From assembly GCA_028534125.1 (NCBI GenBank), contig CM052816.1, positions 44,146,001 through 44,210,000 of the forward strand: DNA of 64,000 nt, written 5' to 3'. Both the position numbers and the translations under genes were made by a program. The notes under the pieces are model-generated. The model searched no databases, was not told where the DNA came from, and saw only the letters and a program-made list of their open reading frames with translations. Below, in pieces: positions 40,536-52,965 of this stretch (within the stretch, counting starts at the first letter, position 1; each line of letters starts with the position of its first letter). Origin of the DNA: Lama glama. Taxonomy: Eukaryota.

Positions 40536-41569
40536 CTCTCTGTTTCCAGCTACCGCAGGGGAGACATGCAGGGGAAGCTGCAGCCCTTTACCACAGACCC
40601 GCACGCTCATCTGGCCAGAAACCGGAAGGAGGCTCCTCGTGTCACCAGAGTGAGACTGCAGATCGGTGAGTACAAGTGTGAGAGGCCACAATGCATGGTG
40701 CTCCACACTAACCTTCTGAGCATAACAGGGGATTTTGGAGACACTTTCATCCCTGCTAAGGTAAGTGACACAGTAATAAACCACTTCAATTATGTTACAT
40801 TAAAAATTTTAAATGGACAACAAATTGAGAAATATAACTATAAAATTTATATGCAGTATCACAGGAAAGATTAACGTGTAATTTGTAACGGACTCTCTCT
40901 GGTCATTTACAAAAAAATATTAACCACCAATGAGCAAATTAAACAATGATCATTCTCAAAAGATAAAAGCCTCATTTCTGAGAAAAAATAATGCAAATAA
41001 ATATTTACAGCTAACAATTTTGTAGTATTTGCAGTCAGGGTACTATGAACATGCTATCATACATTGCTGGGTGGCATAAAAATTGTAAAGTTAACAAATA
41101 TGATTTTGTAAAATGTCTCATAGCTTTAAATTGTTTCTATTCTTTAGTTACTCCATTCATATTTGTTATTCATATTTTATGTCAATTTTACAAATATCCA
41201 AAATAAGAAATAATATGAAATATGTATAAAAAATATAAAAGTGATAAAAGCCAGGTACATCACCACATATATAGTTAGAGTATGGTCTCAATTTAAAAAA
41301 TAAACATTATAATGGCATATTTTTCCACTTGGGAAAAAAATCTCAGAAATATTTTAAGATGTTAACAGATACTGTACATTATATTTAATTTATTATACTT
41401 TCCTCTCTTTTCTAAAATTTTTGAGATTTCCGTGTCATCTCTAAATTCTAAAAGCTAATCAGTATCATTAAAATATTTACATTGATTTAATGGTATTGTT
41501 TTTGCAAACTCTTTTGTATACACCATATATTGTTACAACCATTTTTAAAAAATCATGGATCATAGTCAT

Positions 41570-42453
41570 TGCTCTAGTAGATACTGTCAATAAGTTTTCT
41601 GAAGTATTTGGGCCAATTTGTACTTCTGCCAGCATTTAATGAGAGTTCCAATTGCTCTACGTTCTCCTTAATACTCAGTACTGTCCATCAGTTGTTTTTG
41701 TTTTAACCATTCTTGTGGGTGTGCATTGGTCATTCACTGGTGTTAGTTTGCACTTTGCTGAGAAGTAGTTAAGTTGATCACCATTTCATATGCATACTAG
41801 CAATTCACATATGCTCTTACATGAAGGATTTTTCAAGTCCTTTGTCTATTTTTTTAGAGTTGTCTGTCATTTCTTATTGTAGGAGTTTTTTTTATTATTA
41901 TTATGCATGTGTATTATATACAAGTCTTATCTCATGGGTATATATTGCAAAAAACACTTTTCCCATTCTATGCCTTGCATTTTCTATTTTTAAATGAAAA
42001 TAATACCTTAATTTAATGCAGTTCAACTTAGGCTTTTTCTTTAGGGTTTGTGTTTTCATAGTGGATGTCCAATAAAGGAATTTTTGCCTGTTGTAAGGTC
42101 AGGAAGATATTTTCATATGCTGTCTTCTAAAAGACTTTACTGTTGGCCTTTCACGTTCAGATCTTTGAGCCATCTAACTTGATTTTTGGGTGTCGTGTGA
42201 GGTCAGATGTAACACTTTTTTCCCTAAATGGATTATGTTGATTGGCATCGTTTACTTTGCAGATTCTGTTTCATTGCAGTGGTAATTTTGCCTTACATTA
42301 GATGGTTACGTATGTGTGGGTCTAAGTCTATATGCTTTCTCTACTCCACTGGTGTCTTTGCCTATCCTGCATCTATAACAACATTGTTTTGAACAATGTA
42401 GCCTCATAATTGGTCTTAATCTAGTAGTATATAACCTTTAATTTAGTTCTTCT
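41570..42453 (-). mobile_element. Old LINE-1 (L1ME-like) ORF2 C-terminal remnant
   Basis: ccaatttgtacttctgccagca...gagagttccaattgctctac...ttcaagtcctttgtctatttt...tattgcaaa...ttcagatctttgagccatct...tatgtgtgggtct. Confidence 0.75.
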
Positions 42454-43800
42454 TTTAAAAAATGAGTCATAATTGATTTAACATTACGTTAGTTTCAGGT
42501 GTACAACACAAAGATTCAATATATTGCAAAATGATCACCACAATAAATCTAATTAACATCCATCACCACACAATTGCAATTATTTTCTTCTGATGAGAAC
42601 TTTTAAGGTCTACACTCTTAGCAACTTTCAAATATGCAATACAGTATTATTAACTAGAGTCACCATGCTACACACTAGATCCCCAGGACTTAAAACCAGA
42701 AGTTTGTACCTGTTGAAACATTTTCACACATTGCTCCCAGTCATGAGCCTACTCCCTGCCTCTAGCAACCACCAGTCTGTTCCCTGTATCTATGAGTTCA
42801 TTTTTGTTGTTGTTTGCTTTTATGGATTTCATATACATAAAAGCATATCGTTTTGTCTTTCTCTGTCTAACTTATTTCACTTGACATAATGCCCTCAAGT
42901 TCCATCCACATTGTTGCAAATGGCAGGATTCACTTTCTTAGGACTGAATAATATTCCATTGTGTGTACCACATGTACCATATTTTCTTTATCCATTCACT
43001 CGTTGGTGGACACTAGGTTGTTTCCATGTCTTGGCAATTATAAATAGTGCTGCATTGAACATGGGAATGCAAATATCTTTTCGAGTTAGTGTTTTCATTT
43101 CTTTTGGATAAATACCCAGAAGTGGAATTTCTAGATCATACAGTAATTCTATTTTTAATTTTTTGAGGAGCTTCTGTTCTGTTTTCCATAGTGGTTGAAC
43201 TAATTTACATTCCCAAGAGTGTACAGGGGTTTCCTTTTCTGTACATCCTTATCAACACTTGTTATTTCCTTTTGTTTTTGATAATAGCCATTCTAACAAC
43301 TGTGAGGTATTATCTCATTGTGACTTTCATTTTCCTTTACCTGATGATTAGTAATGTTGAGCACATTTTCATGGACCTGTTGGCTGTCTGTTCGTTTTAT
43401 TTAGAAAAATCTCTACTCATATCTTCTGCCCAGATTGTGGGTTTTGGGTTTTGTTTTGTTTTTTTACTGTTGAGTTGTATGGGTTCTTTATATATTTTGG
43501 ATATTAACTCCTGATCAGATGATTTGTATGATTTGCAAATGTTTTCTCCCATTCCGTAAGTTTCCTTTTCTTTTTGTTGATGGTTTCCTTTGCTGTGAAG
43601 AAGCTTTTTAGGTTGATATGATCCCACTTGTTTATTTTTGCTTTTGTTGCTTTTGCTTCTGATATGAAATCCAAAAAAAAAAAATCATTGTCAAAAATTA
43701 TATCGTTTACTCCCTATGTTTTTTCTAGGAATTTTATGGTTTCAGGTCTTATGTTCAAGTCTTTAATCCACTTTGAGTTTATTTTTGTGTATGGTGTGAA
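42454..43800 (-). mobile_element. 5'-truncated LINE-1, L1MA9-like 3' end
   Basis: tagtttcaggtgtacaaca...tgcaaaatgatcaccacaataa...tgatgagaacttttaaggtctacactcttagcaactttcaaatatgcaatacagtattattaact followed by antisense ORF2 C-terminal sequence. Confidence 0.92.
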
Positions 43801-45188
43801 GTTGCAACCATTTCTGGCACTTAATGGATCAACTTCTTAACTTCAAATTACAGTTTCGTGGAAATCTGTATCTGTGTCCATTTTCCCCATTACTTTAGTG
43901 ATGACTGATTCTTTTGTTATGTGTGAAATTTCTGTTAAAATATATGTAAAATTGCATAAAGATCCCAGACTTCACAGTATATGATACTTACTTTTAGCTA
44001 GATACTGTGAGATATCATTTAACTTTTAGCTAGAAACTGTGAGAGGAAAGAATTATTTTCAGTATACAAATAAATAGTTTGACATCTTGTATACGAGTAA
44101 ATGACATAATTACAGCAGGCATACAAATGAATTGAGTAATTTTAAGAAACACAAAAAGTACACAGAAATACAAAGTTATGAGTACCGAGGAATATACCAG
44201 ACTATCTCGATCTCCCACATCACCTTGTTCACATTCCTGCCTCTATAATTTCTCTCTCAGCCATGCTATGTTATCAAGGTTCAATGTAGAGTTTATCTCA
44301 CTCACAAGATAATCTTGTTATGGAGAATCTAGTTATTGAATGTTTTCAGGAAAGAAGTCTTGTTAATAGCTCTTTGTTTCATTTCAAATCCATCATAGAT
44401 ATATAAAATGAAAATCATTCCTTCCTCAAACTGCTCAAACTGGTGGTGATTGTCTAGAAGTCATAGCGCTTCACACAAAAATTTTTCTCACCTGGTAAGG
44501 CTTTCTCAACTCTTTTCTGTTGTTATTTTTCCTTCAAAAGAAAAAGGGTTTGACCAACAGGATTTATTCCAATAGCCACCATCTTTCTCACTTAGAAGCA
44601 CATAGAGGCCATTTTTATCGCATTTCTGAGCAACATTATATTTCCTATCAGACTGATGTGATGAAATAGGAGGTTTCAGAACAGCTTCTCTATATAATCT
44701 TAAACGTCACGTCCTATCATCACTCCGATGTGTTTTCCACCTGAAATGAAAAGGTACATTCTAAGCTTGTTCAAGAAAGAAAAGAAAGACCTATGTTTAG
44801 TATCAAAGGAGAACTTAAAACTTGATCTTTCAGATAATCTGAAAGACAATCTGCAGTTCTGCAAGGAATACTCCTCCAGGTAAGTTTACTTACTGTCAGG
44901 ATAGATGGTGTATTTGAAGGAAGGGGTAATAGCAGGTGTGAGAGTGGGAACTGTGAGTCTGATTCTGTCAAGGATTACAGGGAAGGTCTGCAGTTAGAAC
45001 ACAACAGAGGCAGTCAGTTCCAGTTCAGAGAGAGAGTGGGAAGGAGAAACACAAAAGGAAACACTCTAGAGAGTTTCAAGAAAGCACTGTGCATGGTACT
45101 ACCAACACAGGCCGCTGGGTCTATTCTGTTCAGAAAAAAAGCCCACATTGCTGATGTTCACAGTTGCTTCTGAAATACTTAGAACACA

Positions 45189-45233
45189 TGTGTGTGGGTG
45201 TGTGTGTGTGCGCGCGCGCGCGCGTGCGTGTGT
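45189..45233. repeat. (TG)n(CG)7(TG) alternating purine-pyrimidine microsatellite
   Basis: Uninterrupted alternation 45198-45233 including (CG)7 at 45211-45224. Confidence 0.97.
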
Positions 45234-45959
45234 TGGCTTATTTCTCTTAGTGCTTTGTTTATGGTCAGCTGGAAGAGTCAGACATGAGAACTAGTAATTT
45301 TATTGAAACTATCTTGTTCTGTTTTTTTTTAACACTCATGTTGCATTGTATTAGAAGTCTAATCCTTAACATTTCTTTGTTTACATTTATTTTTCTTCTT
45401 CAGTCTTATAAATTTATTTTTCTTTATCTTAAATCATATTTGACTTTCCTATTCTCAAATCAGTTAGTGGGATGTGGCTGGAGGCTTATCTGAAAAGAGA
45501 AAGATATGATTTTAATTAGGCTACCAATGAGACTTTTATTTATCTGAGTAATAATACTTGGTGAAAATGAGGAGTGAATTGTTTAGGCAAAAGGAAGGAA
45601 TTTGGAGGCTTCATAGAGAGGAGATAAAGCAGATGGCAGGACAGAAGAATTTGAAGAATAGCAAATCCTAATGGAGAATTTAAGTAAGTTTTGCTATGTG
45701 GGGTCTATTGTAAATTCTCTTATCTATTGCCCTAGGAAATCTTCAGTAAAATATCTACTTTTTATTGATACATTTTGAAGCTGAAATTGGTCTAGAGGTG
45801 TATCCAAGTACCAAGTCTTGAGTCAAGGTGGGTGTTGGGTAAGAACAGGCAGATCACAGGAATATTGTTAAAGCCAGTTTGTAAGGAGTAAGTAAAATAG
45901 CTCCTTTGTGAGACTGACTGTGAAATATATAATCATGGATACTGTTACGAAGTTTTAAT

Positions 45960-46043
45960 AGCAGTTAACATTTATTGGGTGCCTACTATATATTAGGCAT
46001 ATGCTGACAACTTTCTATGCATTATTTCATTTAATCCACAATA
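45960..46043 (-). mobile_element. MIR 3' part, interrupted by an MLT1 LTR
   Basis: aacatttattgggtgcctactatatattaggca...tgcattatttcatttaatcc. Confidence 0.7.
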
Positions 46044-46049
46044 GATTAT

Positions 46050-46400
46050 TGTAATATTTTGTTACAGTAATGGCCCCCATGATTCCCTACTCCCTTTTCT
46101 GGTCCCTTCCACTGACACTAGCTTTGGCAGTCTGCCTTACTTGTCAGTATGATATCAGCACAGGGAATGACAATGGAGACTTGACAGACACACCTGGACA
46201 TTGGAGTTTGCCCTCTTGGAATGCTCCTGTTATCACAGAGTCAAGAAGTCTGGTCTAGCCTCCTGAGGGATGAAAGACGCCAAGGAAAATGACGACAAGA
46301 CATCCTAGTGAAGTCCAGTCCCCATCCAACTCACCATTTGTGGATTAAAAACCATAAGGTAGTATGGTGGCGTATTTTCAACATAATGGGAATTTAAAAA
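46050..46400 (+). mobile_element. MaLR LTR, MLT1H/G-like
   Basis: gttacagtaatggccccca...ttggagtttgccctcttggaatgc...tctagcctcctgagggatgaaagac. Confidence 0.65.
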
Positions 46401-48020
46401 TTCAGTATATCTCTTATTTTGTAAAATAGTATACCCAATGATACATATTACTTGCCTAGTGCTTAGAACAAATATTTTTAAAAATTATTTATAACATATG
46501 CAGTTCAACAAGATCAGTCCTAGCTTATTCCTATCTTTCATGTAACTAACACAGCATCACTCAGGCCCTGTAAGTTGCCTTTAGTCCCAGGACAGCAGTA
46601 GCTACTCAGGAGGCTTCCCTCTGCTCATGTCTTCCCTTACTTTGCTCGTTCTCCATCTTGAGTATCTTTAGATGAACATCTCAAGATACCATTTTAAGGT
46701 TATATTTATACTGAAATATTATTAATAGCTTCTCTCTGGCCAAATTTATTTGTTCTAGAACTAAATTTCTCCTCAGTCTATCCTTCCTTTTCTGTTACCC
46801 TCATTTAAATTAGCACAGTTTATTTGCCAGATCGGTCTAATCAAAGTTTCTTGGGCTCATCTCTCATTTCCATGCCTGTGTCTCTCGTGTTCTCTCACCT
46901 GGAATGCCCTACCACATCCTTTATTAAGCCGTACCAGCCACGAGACCTGCTAGCATTCATAGGAACATTAAAGATAACAAATTGGTTTTATTTAGCATGC
47001 CACCTGCATCCAACTGGTTGTGCCTTCCTGGGCCACTTCTTTGAAATTATTACTGTTGTCATACTCATGGCAAGACACATCCCAGGACACATTACAATTT
47101 GCTCGAAGTCCAAGGGAGAAGAAAAATGATTATCTTCTCAGTGTTCATTCTGTATACAGACCTGCTAGAGCATGATTTCTTAAACAGTTCAGATTTTAAA
47201 CTAGTGAACTTTTATGAATAAAGGGTTTGCATTCTGATTATATCACAGCAGATGCCTATAGATGCATATTAAAATTTTCACCTTCCCAACATTTGGATGT
47301 TTAAAGCTACATAATCCAAACATTTCAGGCTTTTAAAAATTTTGTCATTGATGACATGTAGTCAAACACTATTTAAGACACTGAAGTATATTAATTTTGT
47401 ATGGCTGGTTTAATGGTTTGGTAGAATTAGTGAACTCTTGTTAAAAGGGCCATAGGGGAATCTAACTTTGCATTGCTATAAATAGAACCCAACTAGAAAA
47501 AGGAATTGGTCCAAGACAAAATTGAAAGGGTAAATATTCCTAAAATATTTCCACATTAAAAACTAGTTACTAAAATTTTCCAAACAACAGAGATTTGTAA
47601 TGATATCTTGGATTTTTATAACAAAACATTAACTGAAATTGAGCAAATCAAGCTTTAGGGTCCAGAAACTACATCTTCCAGTTAACATGACAATTTGAGA
47701 TGACATCATTCTAAGGAATAAAATCATTTTTTACATACTAGACAATTGTGATAATAGATTTCTTTCTAATTGTTCATTTATTTTACATCAAAGCAATGGT
47801 AATGAGAAAAGTTCTAGTTGTAATGATAATGATGAATGGGCCTGCATAATTACTGTCACAAGTACAAAATGAATTAGAACTAGCAAATATATTCTTTACT
47901 ATTTTTAATGTCACTGTTGAAGATGAAAAAGCAAAAAGGGGGGAAGGGCAGTAATATAAAGGCAGGAGCCTCAGAGGAATACAGTTCTTTTAAAATATGT
48001 CATTGCCAAATATTGCTTCT

Positions 48021-48352
48021 TGTTATGGACTGAATGTCTCTATCCCCCCTTCAAATCTGTGTATTGAAGCTCTGACCTCTAATGTGATAGTATTTTGATA
48101 GGCCTTTGGAGATAATAGGTTTAGATGAGGTCATGAGGTTGGGGTCCTCATTACTGGATTAGTGCCCTTAGAAGAAGAGACTAGAATGCTAGTTCTCTTT
48201 CTCAGCCACGTGAGGCCACAGTGTGAAGTGGCCATCTGCAAGCCACGAAGACAACTTCCCAGCCTCCACTAGAACTGTAAGAAATAAATGTCTGGTGTTT
48301 AAACCATCTAGTTTATGGACTTTTGTTACAGCAGCCCAAGCTGACTAGTGAA
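48021..48352 (+). mobile_element. MaLR solo LTR, MLT1A-like, with intact 5-bp TSD
   Basis: Starts tgttatggactgaatgt, contains gattagtgccctta...ccatctgcaagcc...agaactgtaagaaataaatgtctg, ends gcagcccaagctgacta; flanked by CTTCT at 48016-48020 and 48353-48357. Confidence 0.92.
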
Positions 48353-48529
48353 CTTCTTAAGCGTCAAACTTAAATATGTATGTATGTATAAACCACTGGG
48401 CAACTTCTTGAACTGTACACTGCAATCAATGGGACATGCTGAAATAGCATTTAAATTATGTGTAGATATTAAGCAGCTGACAGGTTTATTGAACGAGAAG
48501 ATTATTTTGTTCCATGGAAAGTCATGGAC

Positions 48530-48618
48530 TCTGCATCTTACTTCCATATCCTTTGCCCTAACACCATGCTCAACTCAGAAATGTACGTCCTCAAAAAGAT
48601 TTTGTGAATGAATGAATG
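48530..48618 (+). mobile_element. L2 3' end
   Basis: Ends ctcaaaaagattttgtgaatgaatgaatg, the L2 (TGAA)n tail. Confidence 0.6.
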
Positions 48619-49069
48619 CTATTTCTGTTATTGCATGTGATATCCAGTCCAAATAAAAATGACTTCCAATTGACTATCAAGTAATTAGCAAAGTTCAATA
48701 ATTTTTTAAAGTTGCAAAATAATGACTGATGAACATTTGCCTTCATTACTTACCAATTTATAAGGCTACAGCGTTAATTTAAATATACCCATTTAAATGG
48801 GTACACATGCATGTATGTGTGGCTAAACACTCATGGTTTAATAGTCAGAGAACTCTGTTACTCGGAGCATGTATGTGTACCTTTCATGGATTATAACTTT
48901 ATCTAAAGCCCTTTTTACCTTTTTCCTTTGTACTTCCTCTCCAAATAACAAAGAAACATCATTTAGTGAGAATACAGGAGATGCCTGCTAATTATAATTT
49001 AGTATGTAGTTGCAAACACTACCCGAAAATATGCTCAACTTTTAAATTTTCACCGTTTTTGTAGCATTA

Positions 49070-49740
49070 GCAGAGACGCAGAAAAATTCACTAATAACAA
49101 GTGTATATATTGATGAATTTTAACCCAGCAAACAAACTAACCCCACATGTAACCAGCAATGTCTGTGTGAAGAAATAGAACATTATCAGAATCCCAGAGT
49201 CTCCTCATGCCCAACCCAAGCCCCAAGGGTCACCAGATCACCTTTAGCTTTTTATGCCTGGGTTTGAACTTTACATGAAGAAAACCATTCATGATACACA
49301 TTTGGTTTCTTTGGCTCCACATTATGTCTGTGAGATTCATCTATGTGTCATGTGCAGCTGCATAGTCTTCATTTTCATTACTATATAGTATTCCATTGAA
49401 TAAATCTATATATAGAGAGAGCAATTTATTTATCCAGTCTAATGTTGATCACATTTTGGTTGTTTTTATTTTATCCATATTAAAATAGTGTTTATACATG
49501 TTTTATATATATTTTTACATACTTATGAGCATTATTTGGCTTTTACAAATATTTGTTGATGTTTTTCCATGTCTTTTGGAGAACATACACCTGTATATCT
49601 TTGGGAGAGGAGTTGTTAGTGTTAAAGTATGCGCACAATCATCTTTAGTAGTAGTAGTAGACAAAAATTTCCAAAGTAATTGGCCCAAATTATATTCCTA
49701 CCCGCAGCATGAGAGCATTCAGGTTAACTGGCAGAGCTTG
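49070..49740 (-). mobile_element. Old L1ME-like 3' UTR
   Basis: aagtgtatatattgatgaatttt...catgtaaccagc...agaaatagaacattatcagaatcccaga...gtgagattcatctatgt...tagtattccattg. Confidence 0.75.
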
Positions 49741-51719
49741 GACATTTCATATAAATTCTAATTTTGATCTTGAAATCTGCCCAGCCACCATCATCTTCTT
49801 TCCTCCCACTCATAAGTTAGAAAGTTACAGATGGGCAGATGTGCATACCGAAGGGATACTTGAAATGGCATTAAATGTTTAGTAGAAATATATTTTTCAA
49901 CTTATTTGGCTGTTTATTAATTATTTGATTAAAACAGAGCAGATCTAATGAATTATTCAACACAATAACAAAATGGTTATCTTAAATCTATTTATTTCTT
50001 CTCTATGAAATAGCACATACACACCTTTATCTAGATCCTGAGCACTTGCCAAGTAAATAAGAGTCATTTTTAGTGTTCTGCTAAAAGCCCCCACAGGAGG
50101 AAAAAAAACAATACATATTCATAAACAAACAAAATTAGAAGTCAGTGTTCTGAAAAGGGAGTACTTGAAAAACACCATGATTTTAAGCTTTACAGAACAT
50201 ATCATTGTGCTCAGTGTAGGAGGTGAAGACAAGAGGCAATTTATTCTGCAGCTGGTTTCGAAATAAACACAGCAAAGAAAGATAAGGAGTGAAAGAGGGA
50301 TAAATCCGCCGGTAGCAAACTTGATGGACAGACAGGCTGCCATTAACAATGCCGTTGCCTTTGTAAGTACAGAGTGATGTGGAGATACCCTGGCATTTAT
50401 ACTGTAGACATGGTCCTTAAAGATTTTACACCTCCAATTCCTTAGAATTATCAGCTATCTCCAGCCTGTCAGTCATCCCAGCAATCTTAGATTTTTAGCT
50501 CGTGGGCCAGGCAGATTATTGACAAAGCAATCCAGGGTGATATAACACTCCCTGACAAACAACAGTGAGGGGATGGTGTTTACCACTTTCACGGCACCGA
50601 TTCAGCTAAATTAATTCTTAACCCTGAAAGTAAACTTTCTCTTGATAACCATTCACTCCCTCCCAGTGTTGTTTTGCTGCACAACGCTAGTTCGAGTGGA
50701 AATGCAGCAGTGCCCCGATGTGAGTCGTGTAATCTGGTGGGGACTAACGGAAGCGAAGGAAGGTACGTGTCTCCACAGCAAGACAGCTAATGAGGGCATC
50801 TGTACATAAAGAAGCCTCTCCGTTAGAGTCGAGTTCTGGGTTTGAATGAAGTACACAAAAGTAGGAGGTCTACCATTCTGTCCTTAGTTACCTCTTCATT
50901 TGGAGCAATTGAATACATGCAACTCAAGCCGAAAAGGCAAAGGTTATGAAACAAAAAGACAAACAAAATGATTTAACAAAATATATCCTAGGCACTTTTT
51001 TTTAAATCATATTTTTGTCCAAAGGGGATTTTAGTGTTTCAGTAATAAATTCTTAAAGCAGGAGCAAGGAGAGTCTGTAGAGGGCAAAAGACAAGTTTTG
51101 AAGGCAGAATAATTGACACTCTTAATTTTAGCTGTTGTTTCAGGCACTGCTAACATTCGGGGCTAATTTTTTGGACTACGCTCATTTTAAAAAGTATGTT
51201 ACATATTAAATCACTTACACAACTTGAGTGCCATGTGTAATTTGCTATGTTGAAATCATTTCTCTGGTCTCATAGTTTGAATTCTTAAAGCTAATTTTAA
51301 TAGTATTAGACTAAGTTCACATGTCTTTCCTGGAGAATTCTAATGCTGTAATAATTATATGAAAATATTATGTCTTTCAAATGCTTTTGAAGTATCTTTG
51401 GATGTGTATTTATTCACAGAATTGTCTAAATTTCATAAAAGTAACACGAATATTGGCTGTCTTCTAAACTAGGAGTTGAGTATAACATCTATAAATGAAG
51501 AATTTTTATGAAATATGTGAATATAGTATATTTATATTTTATGCACAATCCCAACGCAATACATAAACATCAGCTAAAACAGAAAAACAATTAAAAATAT
51601 GAAAATCAAAGAAATGAAGTGACTTAACTAAAATTTTATCACCTTAGCTCCATCTCTTTTCATTTTTGGTGGCAGGTGGGATTTTTTGCTTGTGCATTTA
51701 TTTTAGAATCTGTTTCCTG

Positions 51720-52115
51720 CCTTTCATTTCAAATCCGGCCAGAGCAACTACCCCATATATTGAATAACCTCCCACACCCTGACCTTGCTGTGCTTTCTCA
51801 CAAGTACCAAGTGCATTGCCACCTCAAAGTTGGTTTTTTTTTTTTTTTTCTACTGCTGCCATCCCCAGATTTTTGCATGCTTGGGCTTTTTCACAGGAGG
51901 AACTGGAATGTCACCTTCTCCACGATGCCTTTATTAACCCCTTAATTAACAGGCCCTCTTTCATTCTTCTAGCTCCTTACCCTGCTTTATTTATGACATG
52001 TATCAGTACTCAAAAGCATGCAGTGTGTTAATCTGTTTGTATTAATTTGTATTAACCTGTTACCTCCGCTAGAATGTGAGATTCTTGATGACTAGATCTT
52101 TGTCTTACTGTCACT
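51720..52115 (+). mobile_element. L2 LINE 3' region
   Basis: atgtcaccttctccacgatgcct...ccctgctttatt...ctagaatgtgagattcttga...tttgtcttactgtcact. Confidence 0.65.
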
Positions 52116-52451
52116 AGAGAATGTCTACCTCTGAGGAGGGGGCCAGCATAACTTTGTTGAAAGAATAAGGGGCTGATTCTGAAAATATCAGTGGGAATGC
52201 ATTAGGGATAAATGGTAAAAAAAAAAAAAAAACTGGGATTGCATATTTGACACCATTTACTAGATTGTAGAAAGCAAGAGAGAGACAAATCAAGATTACC
52301 ATATTTTCTATAATAGTTGCTTAGGGAAGTAGGTAAAACAATATATGAAACTTGCCTAGGGGGAGAATATAGTAATTTCACTTTTGGACATATGTTGAAG
52401 CATCAAAGAGACATTTATCTAAAGACATTCTTAGACAGAAAAGGGTTAGAA

Positions 52452-52668
52452 TAGTCGTTCTCAATAAGAAGCTATTTTGGTCCCAGGAGATACTTGCCAA
52501 TGTCTGGAGACAATTTGCTTGTTTGTGTTACAACTGTAGGTCGCTAATGGTGTCTAATAGGTAAAGGCTAGAGATGTTGCCAACCACCTTGCAATACACA
52601 GGACAGCTCCCCGTGATAAAGCCTTGTCCAGTTCCAAATATCAATAGTAGTAATATTGAGAAACACTG
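52452..52668 (+). mobile_element. hAT-Charlie MER20
   Basis: Terminal inverted repeats tagtcgttctcaa ... ttgagaaacactg; internal caatgtctggagaca, ggctagagatgttgc, caggacagctccc; about 217 bp. Confidence 0.88.
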
Positions 52669-52759
52669 AGTTGTGAAACATCTCCATGTGGTGGGTTGAT
52701 GAAATGAGGGTGGATAAACTATCTGAAAGTATGATTGTGAGTACGTAATAGGACTAATT

Positions 52760-52965
52760 GATATTTATCTAGCACTTAATGTCTGTCAGGCACAGTTCTA
52801 GGCATTTTACATCATAACTCATTTAATCCATAAAGCAACCTTATGAGATAGAAACCATTATTATCCTGATTTTATAGATGAAAACATTAAAGGGCATAAA
52901 GTGTAGCAACTTGTTCAAAATCATAAAGCTAGAAAATGATAAAACTAAGATTTGACAGCCGGTAA
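52760..52965 (-). mobile_element. MIRb-like SINE
   Basis: agcacttaatgtctgtcaggcacagttctaggcattttaca...catttaatcc...caaccttatgagatag...ttttatagatgaaaac. Confidence 0.85.

Noticed and set aside
48786..48803. Perfect 18-bp palindrome TACCCATTTAAATGGGTA
   Set aside because: A 9-bp arm is roughly what chance gives in 64 kb of AT-rich DNA; no supporting context.
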